From the NCBI GenBank assembly GCA_041166745.1, contig JBEEGH010000034.1, positions 9,032 through 73,031 of the forward strand: 64,000 bases of DNA, given 5' to 3'. This DNA comes from Acidimicrobiaceae bacterium (lineage in GTDB: Bacteria > Actinomycetota > Acidimicrobiia > Acidimicrobiales > JACDCH01). This document shows, in pieces, positions 7,517 through 18,195 of this stretch (position 1 is its first letter; every line of letters begins with the position of its first letter). A program made the position numbers and the translations under genes. A model generated the notes under the pieces. It saw nothing but the letters and a program-made list of their open reading frames with translations. It did not search any database and was not told where the DNA came from.

Positions 7517-10500
7517 TCATGCACCGTTGATGCGCTGGAGCACTGCCTCCCATGCCAACAACTGGGACTTGGGCGATGCGGGATTGAGCCGCGCCGCCTC
7601 CGCCGAGGCAAGCACCTGACCGACCTGGGTGTCGGCGATCTTGTCACCGTTGGTGTCGACCAGCTGCGTCCAGCGCAGCGAACCGTGAGCGACATTGAGC
7701 CACGTCGCCATCAGCTGCCGGAGCATGATTTCCTTGTCGGCCAACACCGGCTTGCTGCTGAGGAGATCGCGGGCTTGCGCAGAGGTGTTGGCCACTGCGA
7801 TCGAGGAGTTGAACACCCGGCTCATGTGCCGGACGATCTCCAAGTAGCACGCGGTTGTGGTAGCCGGCAGCACGTTCGTGCTCTTCTTCGTCACGTCGTA
7901 CTGGTTGTACCAATAGCCCGGGGTCCGCACGGTGGTGTCGACGCCCGTGACCACGACCCAGATGTCGTCGTTGACACTGCCGCTGTCGTCATCGGTCACG
8001 CTGAGACCGACGTGATACATGCACGGCTGTGTCCATGTGTGCGTCACTTGACTCAGCACGTTGACTCGCGGTTGCACCGACGGGCTGGGGAACGGGTCGT
8101 TGTTCGGTGGGTTCACCCGCGACTTGTCCGACATCGTAGAGGTGTCGAACCGGTTGAGCAGGTCCCAGTCCCACAGGTGGGTGAGGTCGTCGCTACCCGG
8201 ATCGTTCGAGTTGGCTCGCAATGTGAGCGCGCTCCCAGATCGGGTCAGGAACGTCGCCGTCTCGAGCACCGCGTTGTCGCCGGGGCCGTCGGCCAGCACG
8301 GTGCCGGTCTCGTTGATCGCCGTCGTCGGTAGCACGTTGCGCACGGTGGCGACCGCGGACTCGCTGTCCGAGCCGAGGTCGTCGTCCCTGACCGTCACGC
8401 CGATGGTGAAGGGGCCGTTGTCGCCGTAGGTGAGCGTGGCGGTGAACTCGCGTTCCCCAACCGGCAGCGTGACCACCGAGTTCGCGTAGAGCGGGTTGCC
8501 CCAGGTGATAGTCACGGTGTGCTGATCGAGCAGCCCTGGGTCGACGAAGGAGCCTTTGAGAGCCACGGTCCCGCCCTCGTCGACAGTGATCGGGGCGATC
8601 GCCGCGCAGGATCGGCCCGGAGGCGCGCTGGCAAGGCCTTGTGGATCGAGCGTCGAGCAGACGTCCGGTGCCACGTTGTTCACGGTCACGGTCTTGTCGA
8701 CGGCGCTGAGGCCCGTGTCGTCGTCGGACACCTCGAGCGTGATGAGCTTGGCGTCGCTCGCGGTGCCGGTCGGGTCGTCGTCCGCGAACTCATGGGCCAC
8801 CGTGGTCGAGAGCAGACCCGCGGGTACGACCTGCTCGCTGTCGAACGTGCCGTCGTGGTTCCAGTCGACCCGAACGAGGTGGGTGTCGCGCGTTCCGGGG
8901 TCGGCGAACGACACGAAGTAGTTGACGGTGCTGCCCTCGTCGACGCTCGTCGGCGAGAGGCTCGTCGACGTGGCCGCCGGCGCGACGTTCATGATCGTCA
9001 CCGAACCTGTGGCCGATCGCGAGCCACGATCGTCATCGGTGACGGTCGCTCGGAAGCCGACGACGTCAGACGTCGTACCGGTGGGATCGTCGTCCACGTA
9101 GGTGTGCGAGAAGCTGCCGGTGCCGAGCGGGACCGTGACAACCGTTCCATCTCCCCACTCGATGCGGACGGTGTGGGTGTCGAGCACGCCGACGTCCGTG
9201 ACGCCGACGGTCAACACGGCGATTCCGCCTTCGTTTACCGCGGCACGATCGAGCGACGCGGTGACATTGGGTCTGGCATTCAGTACGCGGACTGCCGCGG
9301 TGTCGGGCACGACACCCGCGGAGGTCGCGGCAATGATGTAGAGGTCGGATGATGTGCCGGACGGGGCGTCATCGACATAGGCATGGGCGACGGAGAAGCC
9401 TTGCTCGCCGACGTCGAGGGTCTCGGCGCTGGTGCTGCCGTCCGCCCACGCGACGTTCACCAAGCGACTGCCGTCGCTCGCGAGGAGCGCCCGATTGAAC
9501 GACACGTCGAGGGTGACGCTGCTGCCCTCGACGACGACACCGGGAGCAACGGTCGCGCTGAGCACCAACGGAGGCGGCGGCGGAACGATGGGCGTGGAGC
9601 CGCCCGCGCCTTCGTCTGGATCGTCTGCTCCGGGCTCGAACTGATTCGCCGGAGCGGCGAGCAGGTCGGCAGGTACACCGCTGCACACGTCGCTCGTGAG
9701 AGGAGCGCCGGTGGCCAAATTCCAGAAGGCGGTGAGTGCGTCGGCCGCGCTCTGCTGCGGATTCGAGAAGTTCCACTCCGAGCCGAGCACGAACTGCTGC
9801 CCGAACACCGTGAGGTCGAGCGCGAGATCTGCCTTGTTCTCGCCCAGCAGGCTGAGCTGCAGGCTGGCTTCGGCGCAATCAAGCGCGAAAAGGGGTGGTG
9901 GGTCGTCGTCGGCCAAGAAATCGCGGACGAGATCGACCAGCTCCGAGAGGTTCAAGCCACCGACGTCGAGGCCCAGAGTCGCCATGCCGTCGGTGATGAA
10001 CTTCTCGACCTGACCCTTCACCTCGGTCAACGTGCAGGTGTGATCGCCGGCGTACGCCGCTGGGAACAGCGTGGCGCAGACCCCGCCGATGTTCACAGCG
10101 GGGAACAACGTGCAGTTGTTGTTGCCATCGACGAATCCGATGCACACCGCCGGGAACTCGAGCCGCGTCGGGATCTTGAAGAAATCGACCGTGAAGGTGT
10201 GCACGTTCGGGTCCAGCCACGCGCCGGGTACCCCCGGCACCAGCAGCAGCGGCAGCTTCGTCCAGCACTCGTCATCACTCGTATGAGGCAGGCCATCGAG
10301 ACCGTTCCGCACCGTGCCGAGCGAGGACGTGGGAGTGAATGGCCCGTCTGCGTTGAACAAGCCGAGGTCGATGCGATAGCAGGTGCGAGCCGCGGGGACC
10401 CAGGTCCCCGGAACCCGGTTCAGGTGGACACCATTGAGGACCTGGTCCAGGTTCACGCTGACACCGCGGTCTTCGAGATCGTCGAGCATCGACTGCGCGT

Positions 10501-13500
10501 CGGCCGCGAGATCTTCGAGCCAGTTGGGTACATCGATGTTGACGACCCCGACACCCGGAACGTTGATGTCGAGTGCCTCGAGGCGCGACGGCAGGGAAAG
10601 CAGCACCTGGAGCGGATCACCGTCGCTCATGTCGCCGAGCACGTCGTCGATGAACTGGACGACAACCGAGAAGCTGTCGAGGTACGGCGCAGTGAGATCC
10701 GCCACCTTGTCGGCGAGATCAGGATCACCACCGAGATCGGTCGACGAGTCGGCGAAGACGATGTGCAACGACAAGTTCGGGTTGAACGCGCTCGGGTCCT
10801 TGAGCAGGGCCAATGGGTCACTGGTGCCGAGCGTGTGCAGCTCGGCATCTACTACCGCGTTGAATCCGAGGATCTGGAGGCGACCGAAGAATTGGAACGC
10901 GGTCGGTTCGATCGACAGCGCGAGCTGGCCAGACGCGAGCGGCGCCGCCGGCGGGCCGATCTCGACGCCGCCGGACAAGCGGAGGTATTGCTGACTCAGC
11001 GTGAGCCGCAACGCGAGCGCGAGATCGTCCATGCGGAACGGGATCGCGGGGTTGAGATCGAAGCCCGCGAGGAAGCCGTCGGCGATGATGCCGTTCGGGG
11101 TGAGCTGCAACAGCACGCCTGCTACGCAGCCGTTGACCTTGTTCGCCGGGCACAACGCTCCGTCAGGTGGCGCTGGCGTCGGCGAGAAGCTGTTCGGATC
11201 ACAGTTCGGCGCGGCTGGCGGCGCGGCATTCGTCGGATTGATGTAGAGGTCGCCGCGAATGACGATGCCGATCGGGATGCACAACCGCTGCACGCCCAAC
11301 GGTGACAACGAGAATTCCAGGTTGCGCAGCGCGATGTTCGGGATGGCGGCCGCGACCGACGCCGGCAGCGGCGGTGCTCCGAACAGCGGCGCAAGCGTCT
11401 GGTTCAGCGCCAGCAAGTCGGCGACGGCCAATTGGTTCGTCGACGCGCGGACACCACCGAAGCTCGGCGTGGCGATGAACCCAATGGGGGTGGGCGCGGG
11501 CGTGATGGAGACACCCATCTGGAGCGCGCCGCTGAAGTTGGTGTTGCCGATGTCGATGCTGGCGAGAACGCCCACCTCAAAGGTCACGGTCGAGGGTGGC
11601 GTCACCTTCATGACGAGATCGAGACCCATCTGGCGGAGGGCGAACGCGTCGATGCCGAAGGGATGCCAGCCCTCGATCTCGTTGGCCGAGGTGATGCGGC
11701 CACCGATGAAGAGCTCGATGCCATCCGCCTCGAGTGAGATCCCGCCTTCGACGGTCACGACGAGCTGATCCATGCAGAAGTTCTCGGTGACCACGGACGG
11801 GAGGGCCGGCGGCGCGTTCAGCACCAACCGGTCGGCCGGTCGGATGACCCCGCCCGGAATCGGGCAGCTGGCCGGGTTGGGTGTGGCCACCGGGAGTCCG
11901 GTGTCCAAGCCGATGGCGGCGAGGCCGTTGGCGATGTCCTGGTCGAGGCCCTGCTTGACGAGCAGCGTCATCGAGCCACCAACGGTGAGGGAGATCGAGG
12001 GTGTCGGCGTGAGCTGTGCCGACAGGCCGAGGTGCAGGCTGGCGGCATCGATGAACCACGGCAGCGCGGCGGGGTCGGCGACGAGATAGAGGTTGACGGC
12101 GAATCCGGTCGCCACTCCCGGCATCGGGATCGTGCCGGTGAGCTGCACGTCGGGCTGCACGCCCAGCTTGTGGATGAGATCGCCGATGGGGTCGGGCAAC
12201 GTCAGCCGGCCGATGGCCTGCACCCCCGCGGGGATGTCAGGAAGGTCGGCGCCGTCGACCAGCAGCGGATCGAACCAGTCGCGCAAGGTCTGGGTCCGAT
12301 CAGGACTGGACGGATCGAGTGGCGCCGTGCTGAACACGAAGCCGAGCTCGGCGCCATCGCCGATCAGCGTGAAGTCCGGCTCGATCGGAACGCCGAGCAC
12401 GTCCGACAACTTGACCGTCGACGACGGTCGCACGCCGATGGTGAACCGCGGGTCGCCTGTGCTCGGGAACTCGGCCGAGAAGAGGAAGCTGAGCACCAGC
12501 GGGTTCGGCCCGAGCAGGGGCGCGGTGATGCTGGTGACGGCGTCGATGTCAACGCCGTCACCATCCACTCGCACGGTCAGCTCGGCTGGTCCGAACCCAC
12601 TCGTCTTCACCTGATCGGGAAGCGAGGCAAGGAAGTCGATGGCGCCGAACGCGGTGAGCATGTCGGCGATGGTGACCGTCGTCTCCAGCTTGACGGTGAG
12701 CTCCGCGCTCGGGTCCGCACCGCCGACGAGTATGAGCGACGCCGACGCCACTTCGGTGCCGACTTGGATGCGACCCGACAAGGTGGCCTCGGCACTGACG
12801 GTGCCGCCCAGAGACGACACCGTGACCTCGACGCCTGCGTCGAGGATGTCGAGGAACGCGATACCAAAGGGATGCGACCACGTCTGCGCGAGTCGCAACG
12901 ACAGGGTCAACGAGAAGTCGCCCGTGCCCGGTAGGGCGGCGAAGACACCCTCGGCCGCGAGATGCACATCACCGTCGCCGAGATCGACGGTGATGTCAGG
13001 CAACGACGCACCGAACTCGATCGTGTCGTCGGTCGGCGCCGGTCCTCCCGCGTCGAACCGCAGGAACAGCTCCCAATCGCCAGTCGACGGCCACGCCAGC
13101 GACGAGCCCGGTTGGAGACCGGCGAGCGCGGCGAAGAGATCGGTCAACGCCGGCGGCGGGCCGACGGTGGTGCTCGGCAACTCCGCGGTGAGCTCGAAAC
13201 CGTCGAGCGACGGATCCGTACCGCCATCGGCCAGCGAACCAAGGCTGAAGTCGAGCGTTCCGTGTAGGTGAGCGACCGTGTTGGGCCCGTCGGGCGTGAT
13301 GCCGATGGTCGCGAGCGCGTCCGCGAACGGTGCCAGGTCGACGTCGAGGTGCATCTCGAGGGCCCCACCGAGATGGACCGGGCCAGGCGACGCGTCGTCG
13401 AGGAGGTCTGCGAGGAATGCCGTCGCGTCCGGTCCGAGACCGGTCGGATCGAACTCGGCCCCGGTCGGCTGCACGGTGACGAAGTTGACGGCCGGAACCG

Positions 13501-15112
13501 TGAGGTCGGCCGTGAACTGTCCTGCCGGGAACGGCAGCAGGGTGCCGAGGTGGATGCACGGCGGCGCGGTGGTGCACGTCGGGTCGATCACGCGCAGCCC
13601 GGCGAGGAGCGCGCCCGGTCCGGCGCCGTCCCCGTCGGGATCACTGACCGCGAGCAACAGGGTGGCGTCGAGGGTGTCCGGCGTGGTGATGAAGCTGGGT
13701 GTCGGCAACGTCGTGTCGGCGAACGCGCCGAGAATTCGCCGGCCGCCGGAGCTGTCGTAGGTCAGCTCGAGGTCGTGGACGACGACACTTGCGAGCTCGC
13801 TCGGCGTGAACGATGCGTCGAATGCCCCGGAGTTGCCGAGCCAGTCGACGGCGTCGTCGAGCGGGATGTCACCGTCGACATCGATGATGCCCGCGCTGCC
13901 CGTGTCGCTGCCGTGGATGCCGATGTGGACGAGCGGCGATGGCGTTGTGATCGGCACGAGCGCGTCGAAGTCGGCGGCGAACGTGTTCGCGGTGTCGTCG
14001 AAGAGGAGATGCAACTTCGTGCCGTCGAATGGCCCCATCCAGTCGAGACCGAATGGCGGGGTGAACGACGGCGCGTCGATCGTGACGTCGAGAGTCGCGG
14101 CTTCGGCGAGGCTGACGTCGTAGTCGAACGTGTTGGTCACGAGGCTCGGTGGCACGCCAGGCGTTTCGATCGTGAAGGAGTCGTGCACATCGAAGCTGGG
14201 CGTGTGGTCGGGGGCCGGCCCGAGCCGCAGGTTGAACTCGGGGACGCGATCTTGCAGCCAGCTCGGTAGCAGGCTCGAGTCGACCGCGAGCGGCCCGTCG
14301 AGCGAGAAGTCTGCTGGGTCGAGGCTGTTGACCGCGTTGGTGTCGAACAGCAGCGCCGCGGAGTCGCCGAGAGAGCCGAGCAACGCGACACCGTCGGCCG
14401 GGTCGACGCCGAGGTACTGCAGCGCCTGACTGATCGCCGGCATGCTCGCGAGGTCGACGTCGCCGAGTAAGCCGGCGACATGGCCGAGCGTGGTCGAGCT
14501 GTCGATGCCCAAGAAGTCGACGGCGTTGGTAGGCAGAGCGCTCGGATCGAGAACGGTCGTGCCGGGATCGGACGCGAACGCGAGGACGACATCGTCGAGC
14601 TCGAGCAGCTGGCTGGGAAGCCCGGCGACTTCGCCGAAGCGGCTGTCGATCGCTGACAGCAGTTGGTTGGTCGCTCGAACGGCGAGAACGATGTGCGGGT
14701 TCGTGTCGCCGGCGACCGCTTCGTTCCAGTCGGCCATCAACATCAGCTCGACGGGAACCCCGGCGAAGGGCGACGTGCCGGTGGGAAAGAGCGAGAGCGG
14801 CGCCTGCGTGATGAGCGTGACCACGTCGTGCGCGTTGTCATTGCCGAAGTCGACGGGGATGTCGCCGATCGCGCCCAAGCCCGCAATCGGCAGTGGGATG
14901 ACCGGCGAGGAGTTGCTTCCGAGCGCGGTGACGACCTGATCGAACGTCTGGCCGTCGATGTCGAGGTCTGCGCCGAGTACGCCGGGAGCGCCGAGCGAGA
15001 TCGTGTGGGTCGGGGCCGCCTCCGCGGGGCGCGCAACGAAGCTCATGACCACGACAACGGCCAGCACGAGACCACTGGTGATCGCGGAGCGCGTCCGCAG
15101 CCGGCGCGTCAC
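7517..15112 (-). CDS. Giant secreted/surface protein (2531 aa) with C-terminal PKD/Ig-like repeats
   Basis: Signal peptide ending ARPAEA-A; long beta-rich region with recurrent PFG[IL] motif; about 5 repeats with D.G..DTH.V.I.WGDG...H.Y.DD...DDD.G. Confidence 0.85.
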   Translation of the reverse strand: MTRRLRTRSAITSGLVLAVVVVMSFVARPAEAAPTHTISLGAPGVLGADLDIDGQTFDQVVTALGSNSSPVIPLPIAGLGAIGDIPVDFGNDNAHDVVTLITQAPLSLFPTGTSPFAGVPVELMLMADWNEAVAGDTNPHIVLAVRATNQLLSAIDSRFGEVAGLPSQLLELDDVVLAFASDPGTTVLDPSALPTNAVDFLGIDSSTTLGHVAGLLGDVDLASMPAISQALQYLGVDPADGVALLGSLGDSAALLFDTNAVNSLDPADFSLDGPLAVDSSLLPSWLQDRVPEFNLRLGPAPDHTPSFDVHDSFTIETPGVPPSLVTNTFDYDVSLAEAATLDVTIDAPSFTPPFGLDWMGPFDGTKLHLLFDDTANTFAADFDALVPITTPSPLVHIGIHGSDTGSAGIIDVDGDIPLDDAVDWLGNSGAFDASFTPSELASVVVHDLELTYDSSGGRRILGAFADTTLPTPSFITTPDTLDATLLLAVSDPDGDGAGPGALLAGLRVIDPTCTTAPPCIHLGTLLPFPAGQFTADLTVPAVNFVTVQPTGAEFDPTGLGPDATAFLADLLDDASPGPVHLGGALEMHLDVDLAPFADALATIGITPDGPNTVAHLHGTLDFSLGSLADGGTDPSLDGFELTAELPSTTVGPPPALTDLFAALAGLQPGSSLAWPSTGDWELFLRFDAGGPAPTDDTIEFGASLPDITVDLGDGDVHLAAEGVFAALPGTGDFSLTLSLRLAQTWSHPFGIAFLDILDAGVEVTVSSLGGTVSAEATLSGRIQVGTEVASASLILVGGADPSAELTVKLETTVTIADMLTAFGAIDFLASLPDQVKTSGFGPAELTVRVDGDGVDIDAVTSITAPLLGPNPLVLSFLFSAEFPSTGDPRFTIGVRPSSTVKLSDVLGVPIEPDFTLIGDGAELGFVFSTAPLDPSSPDRTQTLRDWFDPLLVDGADLPDIPAGVQAIGRLTLPDPIGDLIHKLGVQPDVQLTGTIPMPGVATGFAVNLYLVADPAALPWFIDAASLHLGLSAQLTPTPSISLTVGGSMTLLVKQGLDQDIANGLAAIGLDTGLPVATPNPASCPIPGGVIRPADRLVLNAPPALPSVVTENFCMDQLVVTVEGGISLEADGIELFIGGRITSANEIEGWHPFGIDAFALRQMGLDLVMKVTPPSTVTFEVGVLASIDIGNTNFSGALQMGVSITPAPTPIGFIATPSFGGVRASTNQLAVADLLALNQTLAPLFGAPPLPASVAAAIPNIALRNLEFSLSPLGVQRLCIPIGIVIRGDLYINPTNAAPPAAPNCDPNSFSPTPAPPDGALCPANKVNGCVAGVLLQLTPNGIIADGFLAGFDLNPAIPFRMDDLALALRLTLSQQYLRLSGGVEIGPPAAPLASGQLALSIEPTAFQFFGRLQILGFNAVVDAELHTLGTSDPLALLKDPSAFNPNLSLHIVFADSSTDLGGDPDLADKVADLTAPYLDSFSVVVQFIDDVLGDMSDGDPLQVLLSLPSRLEALDINVPGVGVVNIDVPNWLEDLAADAQSMLDDLEDRGVSVNLDQVLNGVHLNRVPGTWVPAARTCYRIDLGLFNADGPFTPTSSLGTVRNGLDGLPHTSDDECWTKLPLLLVPGVPGAWLDPNVHTFTVDFFKIPTRLEFPAVCIGFVDGNNNCTLFPAVNIGGVCATLFPAAYAGDHTCTLTEVKGQVEKFITDGMATLGLDVGGLNLSELVDLVRDFLADDDPPPLFALDCAEASLQLSLLGENKADLALDLTVFGQQFVLGSEWNFSNPQQSAADALTAFWNLATGAPLTSDVCSGVPADLLAAPANQFEPGADDPDEGAGGSTPIVPPPPPLVLSATVAPGVVVEGSSVTLDVSFNRALLASDGSRLVNVAWADGSTSAETLDVGEQGFSVAHAYVDDAPSGTSSDLYIIAATSAGVVPDTAAVRVLNARPNVTASLDRAAVNEGGIAVLTVGVTDVGVLDTHTVRIEWGDGTVVTVPLGTGSFSHTYVDDDPTGTTSDVVGFRATVTDDDRGSRSATGSVTIMNVAPAATSTSLSPTSVDEGSTVNYFVSFADPGTRDTHLVRVDWNHDGTFDSEQVVPAGLLSTTVAHEFADDDPTGTASDAKLITLEVSDDDTGLSAVDKTVTVNNVAPDVCSTLDPQGLASAPPGRSCAAIAPITVDEGGTVALKGSFVDPGLLDQHTVTITWGNPLYANSVVTLPVGEREFTATLTYGDNGPFTIGVTVRDDDLGSDSESAVATVRNVLPTTAINETGTVLADGPGDNAVLETATFLTRSGSALTLRANSNDPGSDDLTHLWDWDLLNRFDTSTMSDKSRVNPPNNDPFPSPSVQPRVNVLSQVTHTWTQPCMYHVGLSVTDDDSGSVNDDIWVVVTGVDTTVRTPGYWYNQYDVTKKSTNVLPATTTACYLEIVRHMSRVFNSSIAVANTSAQARDLLSSKPVLADKEIMLRQLMATWLNVAHGSLRWTQLVDTNGDKIADTQVGQVLASAEAARLNPASPKSQLLAWEAVLQRINGA

Positions 15113-15267
15113 TGACCTGCTCCCGCGGTCGGCACCGACGGCGACATCGCATCCGGCCCGTACGCGTCGGGATCGTCACCGGACAAATCGCCGAGCAGGT
15201 CGACGACGTCGATCACCGGAGTGTCTTCGCCGTCGGTGGTCTCGCTGCGACTGTGTCGCTTTCCCAT
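15109..15267 (-). CDS. Small acidic hypothetical protein (52 aa) coupled to the giant protein
   Basis: Purine-rich SD-like GAGGAAGG upstream; stop overlaps the giant gene start (GTGA). Confidence 0.4.
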   Translation of the reverse strand: MGKRHSRSETTDGEDTPVIDVVDLLGDLSGDDPDAYGPDAMSPSVPTAGAGQ

Positions 15268-15325
15268 CGCGCCCGCCTTCCTCGTCCCCGAGGCGAACCT
15301 ATGACGGGTCATCGCGCGTGCGTGA

Positions 15326-15339
15326 GCGTGTGAACACGC
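15326..15339. promoter_or_regulatory. Inverted repeat, putative LuxR/LAL operator
   Basis: GCGTG-TGAA-CACGC in the divergent gap between the giant gene and the LAL regulator. Confidence 0.45.
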
Positions 15340-15365
15340 AAACCAAGACCATCTACGCTCGAACG

Positions 15366-18182
15366 ATGGGCAGCGAGAGCCCAGATGTCCTTGTTGGGCG
15401 AGATGTCGAGCTCGGTGCCCTCATCGAGTTGATCGACAGCGCACGGCGAGGGCTCGGCGGGCTAGCAGTCATCGAAGGCGAGGCAGGCATCGGCAAGACC
15501 CTCCTCCTCGCGCGCTCGATCTCGCACGCGCGCGAGCTCGGATTCGAGACCCGGTTGGGAACGGCAGAGGAGCTCACTCAGGACCGCCCGTTCGGTCCGA
15601 TCCTGGACGCGCTCGGCGCAGATGTCGCCGCGCACGCCGAAAACCTCGATGAAGTTGTGGGCGGCCTCGCTTCGCTGCTGCAGCTCACGGCGGCCAGCAG
15701 GCGAGCACGCGTCGTCGATCTGATCCGCACAGCGGCGTTCGATCTCGCCGCACAACATCCGGTGTTGCTCGCGATCGACGACGTGCACTGGGCGGATCAG
15801 TCGACGTTCTCGGCACTGCGAGACCTGCAGATGCGGGCCTCCGACGTCGCCCTCCTCGTGCTTGTCGCAACTCGGCCCACGCTGACAGACAGCGCTCGTC
15901 GCGGTCTCGACGCGCTGGTCGCCGCGGGAGCTTTGGCAATGGAGCTCCGACCCCTCGACGATGCGACCAGCAACGCGCTCGTCGCGCAACTCCTCGGCGC
16001 AGCTCCCGGCCCCCAACTCTCGCGACTGGCCAAGCGAGCCGGGGGCAACCCGCTCTACCTGAAAGAGCTCGTCCTCGGACTCGACGACGAGGGGCTCATC
16101 GAGCGCATCGGTGGCATCGTCGACACCGGCTCCGATGTGCTTCCTCGGAGCTTGGCGGAGCAGGTGCGCCGACGGGTCAACGAGCTCAGCCGCGACGCGC
16201 GGGGCCTCGTACGGCTCGGCGCGGTGCTTGGTCCGATCTTCTCGATATCGGAAATGGTCGCGGCGTCAGGTCGTGACGCGACGGCTCTGCTCGACACGGT
16301 CGACGAGGTGCTGCGGTCCGGGTTGTTCGTCGAGGGCGGTCGGGGGCTGGCGTTCGGCCACGACCTCGTGCGCCGAGTTGTCTACGACCAGATACCAGCC
16401 GCGGCGCGTTCAAGCGTGCATCGGCAGGTGGCCGAAGCCCTTGCGGCGAGCGGGGCGTCGTCGCTGCGCGTCGCCTCCCACTATGCCTTGGTCGCCGAAC
16501 TCGGCGACGAGCGCGCGATCGAATGGCTGCACCGAGCGGCTCGCGAGACCATCGCCGCCTCGCCCGAGAACGCGGTCAACCTCCTCGATCAAGCACTCGC
16601 CCTCGAGCCAGGCGATCCTGATCAGCGGGCGACGCTGTGCACGTTGCGTGTGGAGGCGCTGGCCGGTGCCGGCCGTCTCGACGAGGCCGAGACGGTCGCC
16701 ACCCAGCTCGCCCACGACGCGCGCAACCCCGTGCAGATCGCCGCGGTACAACGCCTCCACGCCGCAACGCTGTTGCTGCGGAACCGGGGTGCGGATGCCG
16801 CGACTCTCCTCGAGGCCATCGCAGCGACCACCGATCCGGAGAACCGCGGCCTTTCGCTCGCCGAAGCCGCGCTGTCGGCGCTCGTGGCAGGCGACCCCGA
16901 GCGGGCCCGTCGTGACGCTCACGCGGTGTTGCATCAGGACGATGGGACCGCGGCGGGGAGCGGTCAGAGTCTCGCTTTGAGCGTGCTGTCGCGCCTCGCG
17001 TCACTCGAACTCCGTCTCGACGAGAGCCTCGCTCTGGCCCGTCGAGCAGTCGAGGCCGGGAGCCGAAGCGTCGGTGGACACCGCTATCAGCCGTTGCTGT
17101 TCGAGGCGTTGACCCTGCATGACATGGACCGCCTCGATGAAGTCACCGGCCGCGTCGAGCTCGGCCGAATCCTTGCTCGGCAGCACGGCGAGACGTACGT
17201 GCTTCCGCTCTACGACGGGATGTCCGCGTTCAACGCGCTAAGGGCGGGACGGCTCGGTGATGCCGAGACCGAGGCCGCGGCCGGCGTTCGTTGGTGTGAC
17301 ACGACCGGTTCGTCGTTGGCCTCGGCCTGGTGTCACGCGTTGCTCGCGCTGACTCGTCTGCACCGAGGTGACGTGGACCACGCGGCCGACGCGACGGCGG
17401 CGGGACGCATCGCGCTGAGTAGCACTCCCCCGCTGCTCGGCCTCGACTTGATGCTGCTGGCCGATGCCCTCGTCCACGAGGCGAGAGGAGACGTCGATGC
17501 TGCGATCGACGGGCTGCTCGACGCGTGGACGCTCTTCACCGCCCTGGGCGCGAAGACGATGACGTCTGTTGTCGGCCCAGACCTCGTGCGGATGGCCGTG
17601 GCCCAGGGACGCGCGGAGGCCGCGACGCAAGTCACCGAGGCGCTGGAGCATGTCGCCGCCCACGGCGGTCTCACGAGTTGGCATGGGGCCGCGCTCGAAG
17701 CCCGCGCGCTTGTGGAAGACGATGCCGCACTCGCGGTACGGGCGGCCGATGCGTATCGCGAGTCGCCGCGGCGCCTCGACGCCGCGAGGGCGACCGTGCA
17801 TGCCGGCAGCGCACTCTGCCGGCACGGACGGGAGACGGAAGGGCGGGCCCTCCTGCACGAGGCGCTCGTACTCTACGAACAGATCGGGGCCCATCGCGGT
17901 CGAGCGCGTGCCGCCAGCGAGCTCCGCGCCGCCGGGGGCCGCGTCCCGCGGCCGGCCGCGGTAGAGGCGGGCGGAGGGGAACTGCTCAGCCCATCAGAGC
18001 GCCGCGTGGTCGAGCTCGTGGTGCTCGGGCTCGGCAACCAAGAGATCGCAGATCAGCTGTTCATCTCGCGTCGCACCGTAGAAACACACCTTCGCCGCGT
18101 ATTTCCAAAACTCGGTGTCAGCTCCCGAACGCAGCTGGCGATGTGGGCCACGCAACAGGGCGAAGGGGTGGTGCGGCGCTAG
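15366..18182 (+). CDS. LAL-type regulator (AAA ATPase + TPR-like region + LuxR HTH)
   Basis: LVGRDVEL, GEAGIGKT, DDVHWAD, GGNPLYL; C-terminal LSPSERRV...NQEIADQLFISRRTVETHL. Confidence 0.92.
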   Translation: MGSESPDVLVGRDVELGALIELIDSARRGLGGLAVIEGEAGIGKTLLLARSISHARELGFETRLGTAEELTQDRPFGPILDALGADVAAHAENLDEVVGGLASLLQLTAASRRARVVDLIRTAAFDLAAQHPVLLAIDDVHWADQSTFSALRDLQMRASDVALLVLVATRPTLTDSARRGLDALVAAGALAMELRPLDDATSNALVAQLLGAAPGPQLSRLAKRAGGNPLYLKELVLGLDDEGLIERIGGIVDTGSDVLPRSLAEQVRRRVNELSRDARGLVRLGAVLGPIFSISEMVAASGRDATALLDTVDEVLRSGLFVEGGRGLAFGHDLVRRVVYDQIPAAARSSVHRQVAEALAASGASSLRVASHYALVAELGDERAIEWLHRAARETIAASPENAVNLLDQALALEPGDPDQRATLCTLRVEALAGAGRLDEAETVATQLAHDARNPVQIAAVQRLHAATLLLRNRGADAATLLEAIAATTDPENRGLSLAEAALSALVAGDPERARRDAHAVLHQDDGTAAGSGQSLALSVLSRLASLELRLDESLALARRAVEAGSRSVGGHRYQPLLFEALTLHDMDRLDEVTGRVELGRILARQHGETYVLPLYDGMSAFNALRAGRLGDAETEAAAGVRWCDTTGSSLASAWCHALLALTRLHRGDVDHAADATAAGRIALSSTPPLLGLDLMLLADALVHEARGDVDAAIDGLLDAWTLFTALGAKTMTSVVGPDLVRMAVAQGRAEAATQVTEALEHVAAHGGLTSWHGAALEARALVEDDAALAVRAADAYRESPRRLDAARATVHAGSALCRHGRETEGRALLHEALVLYEQIGAHRGRARAASELRAAGGRVPRPAAVEAGGGELLSPSERRVVELVVLGLGNQEIADQLFISRRTVETHLRRVFPKLGVSSRTQLAMWATQQGEGVVRR

Positions 18183-18195
18183 AAGTGACCGACGG

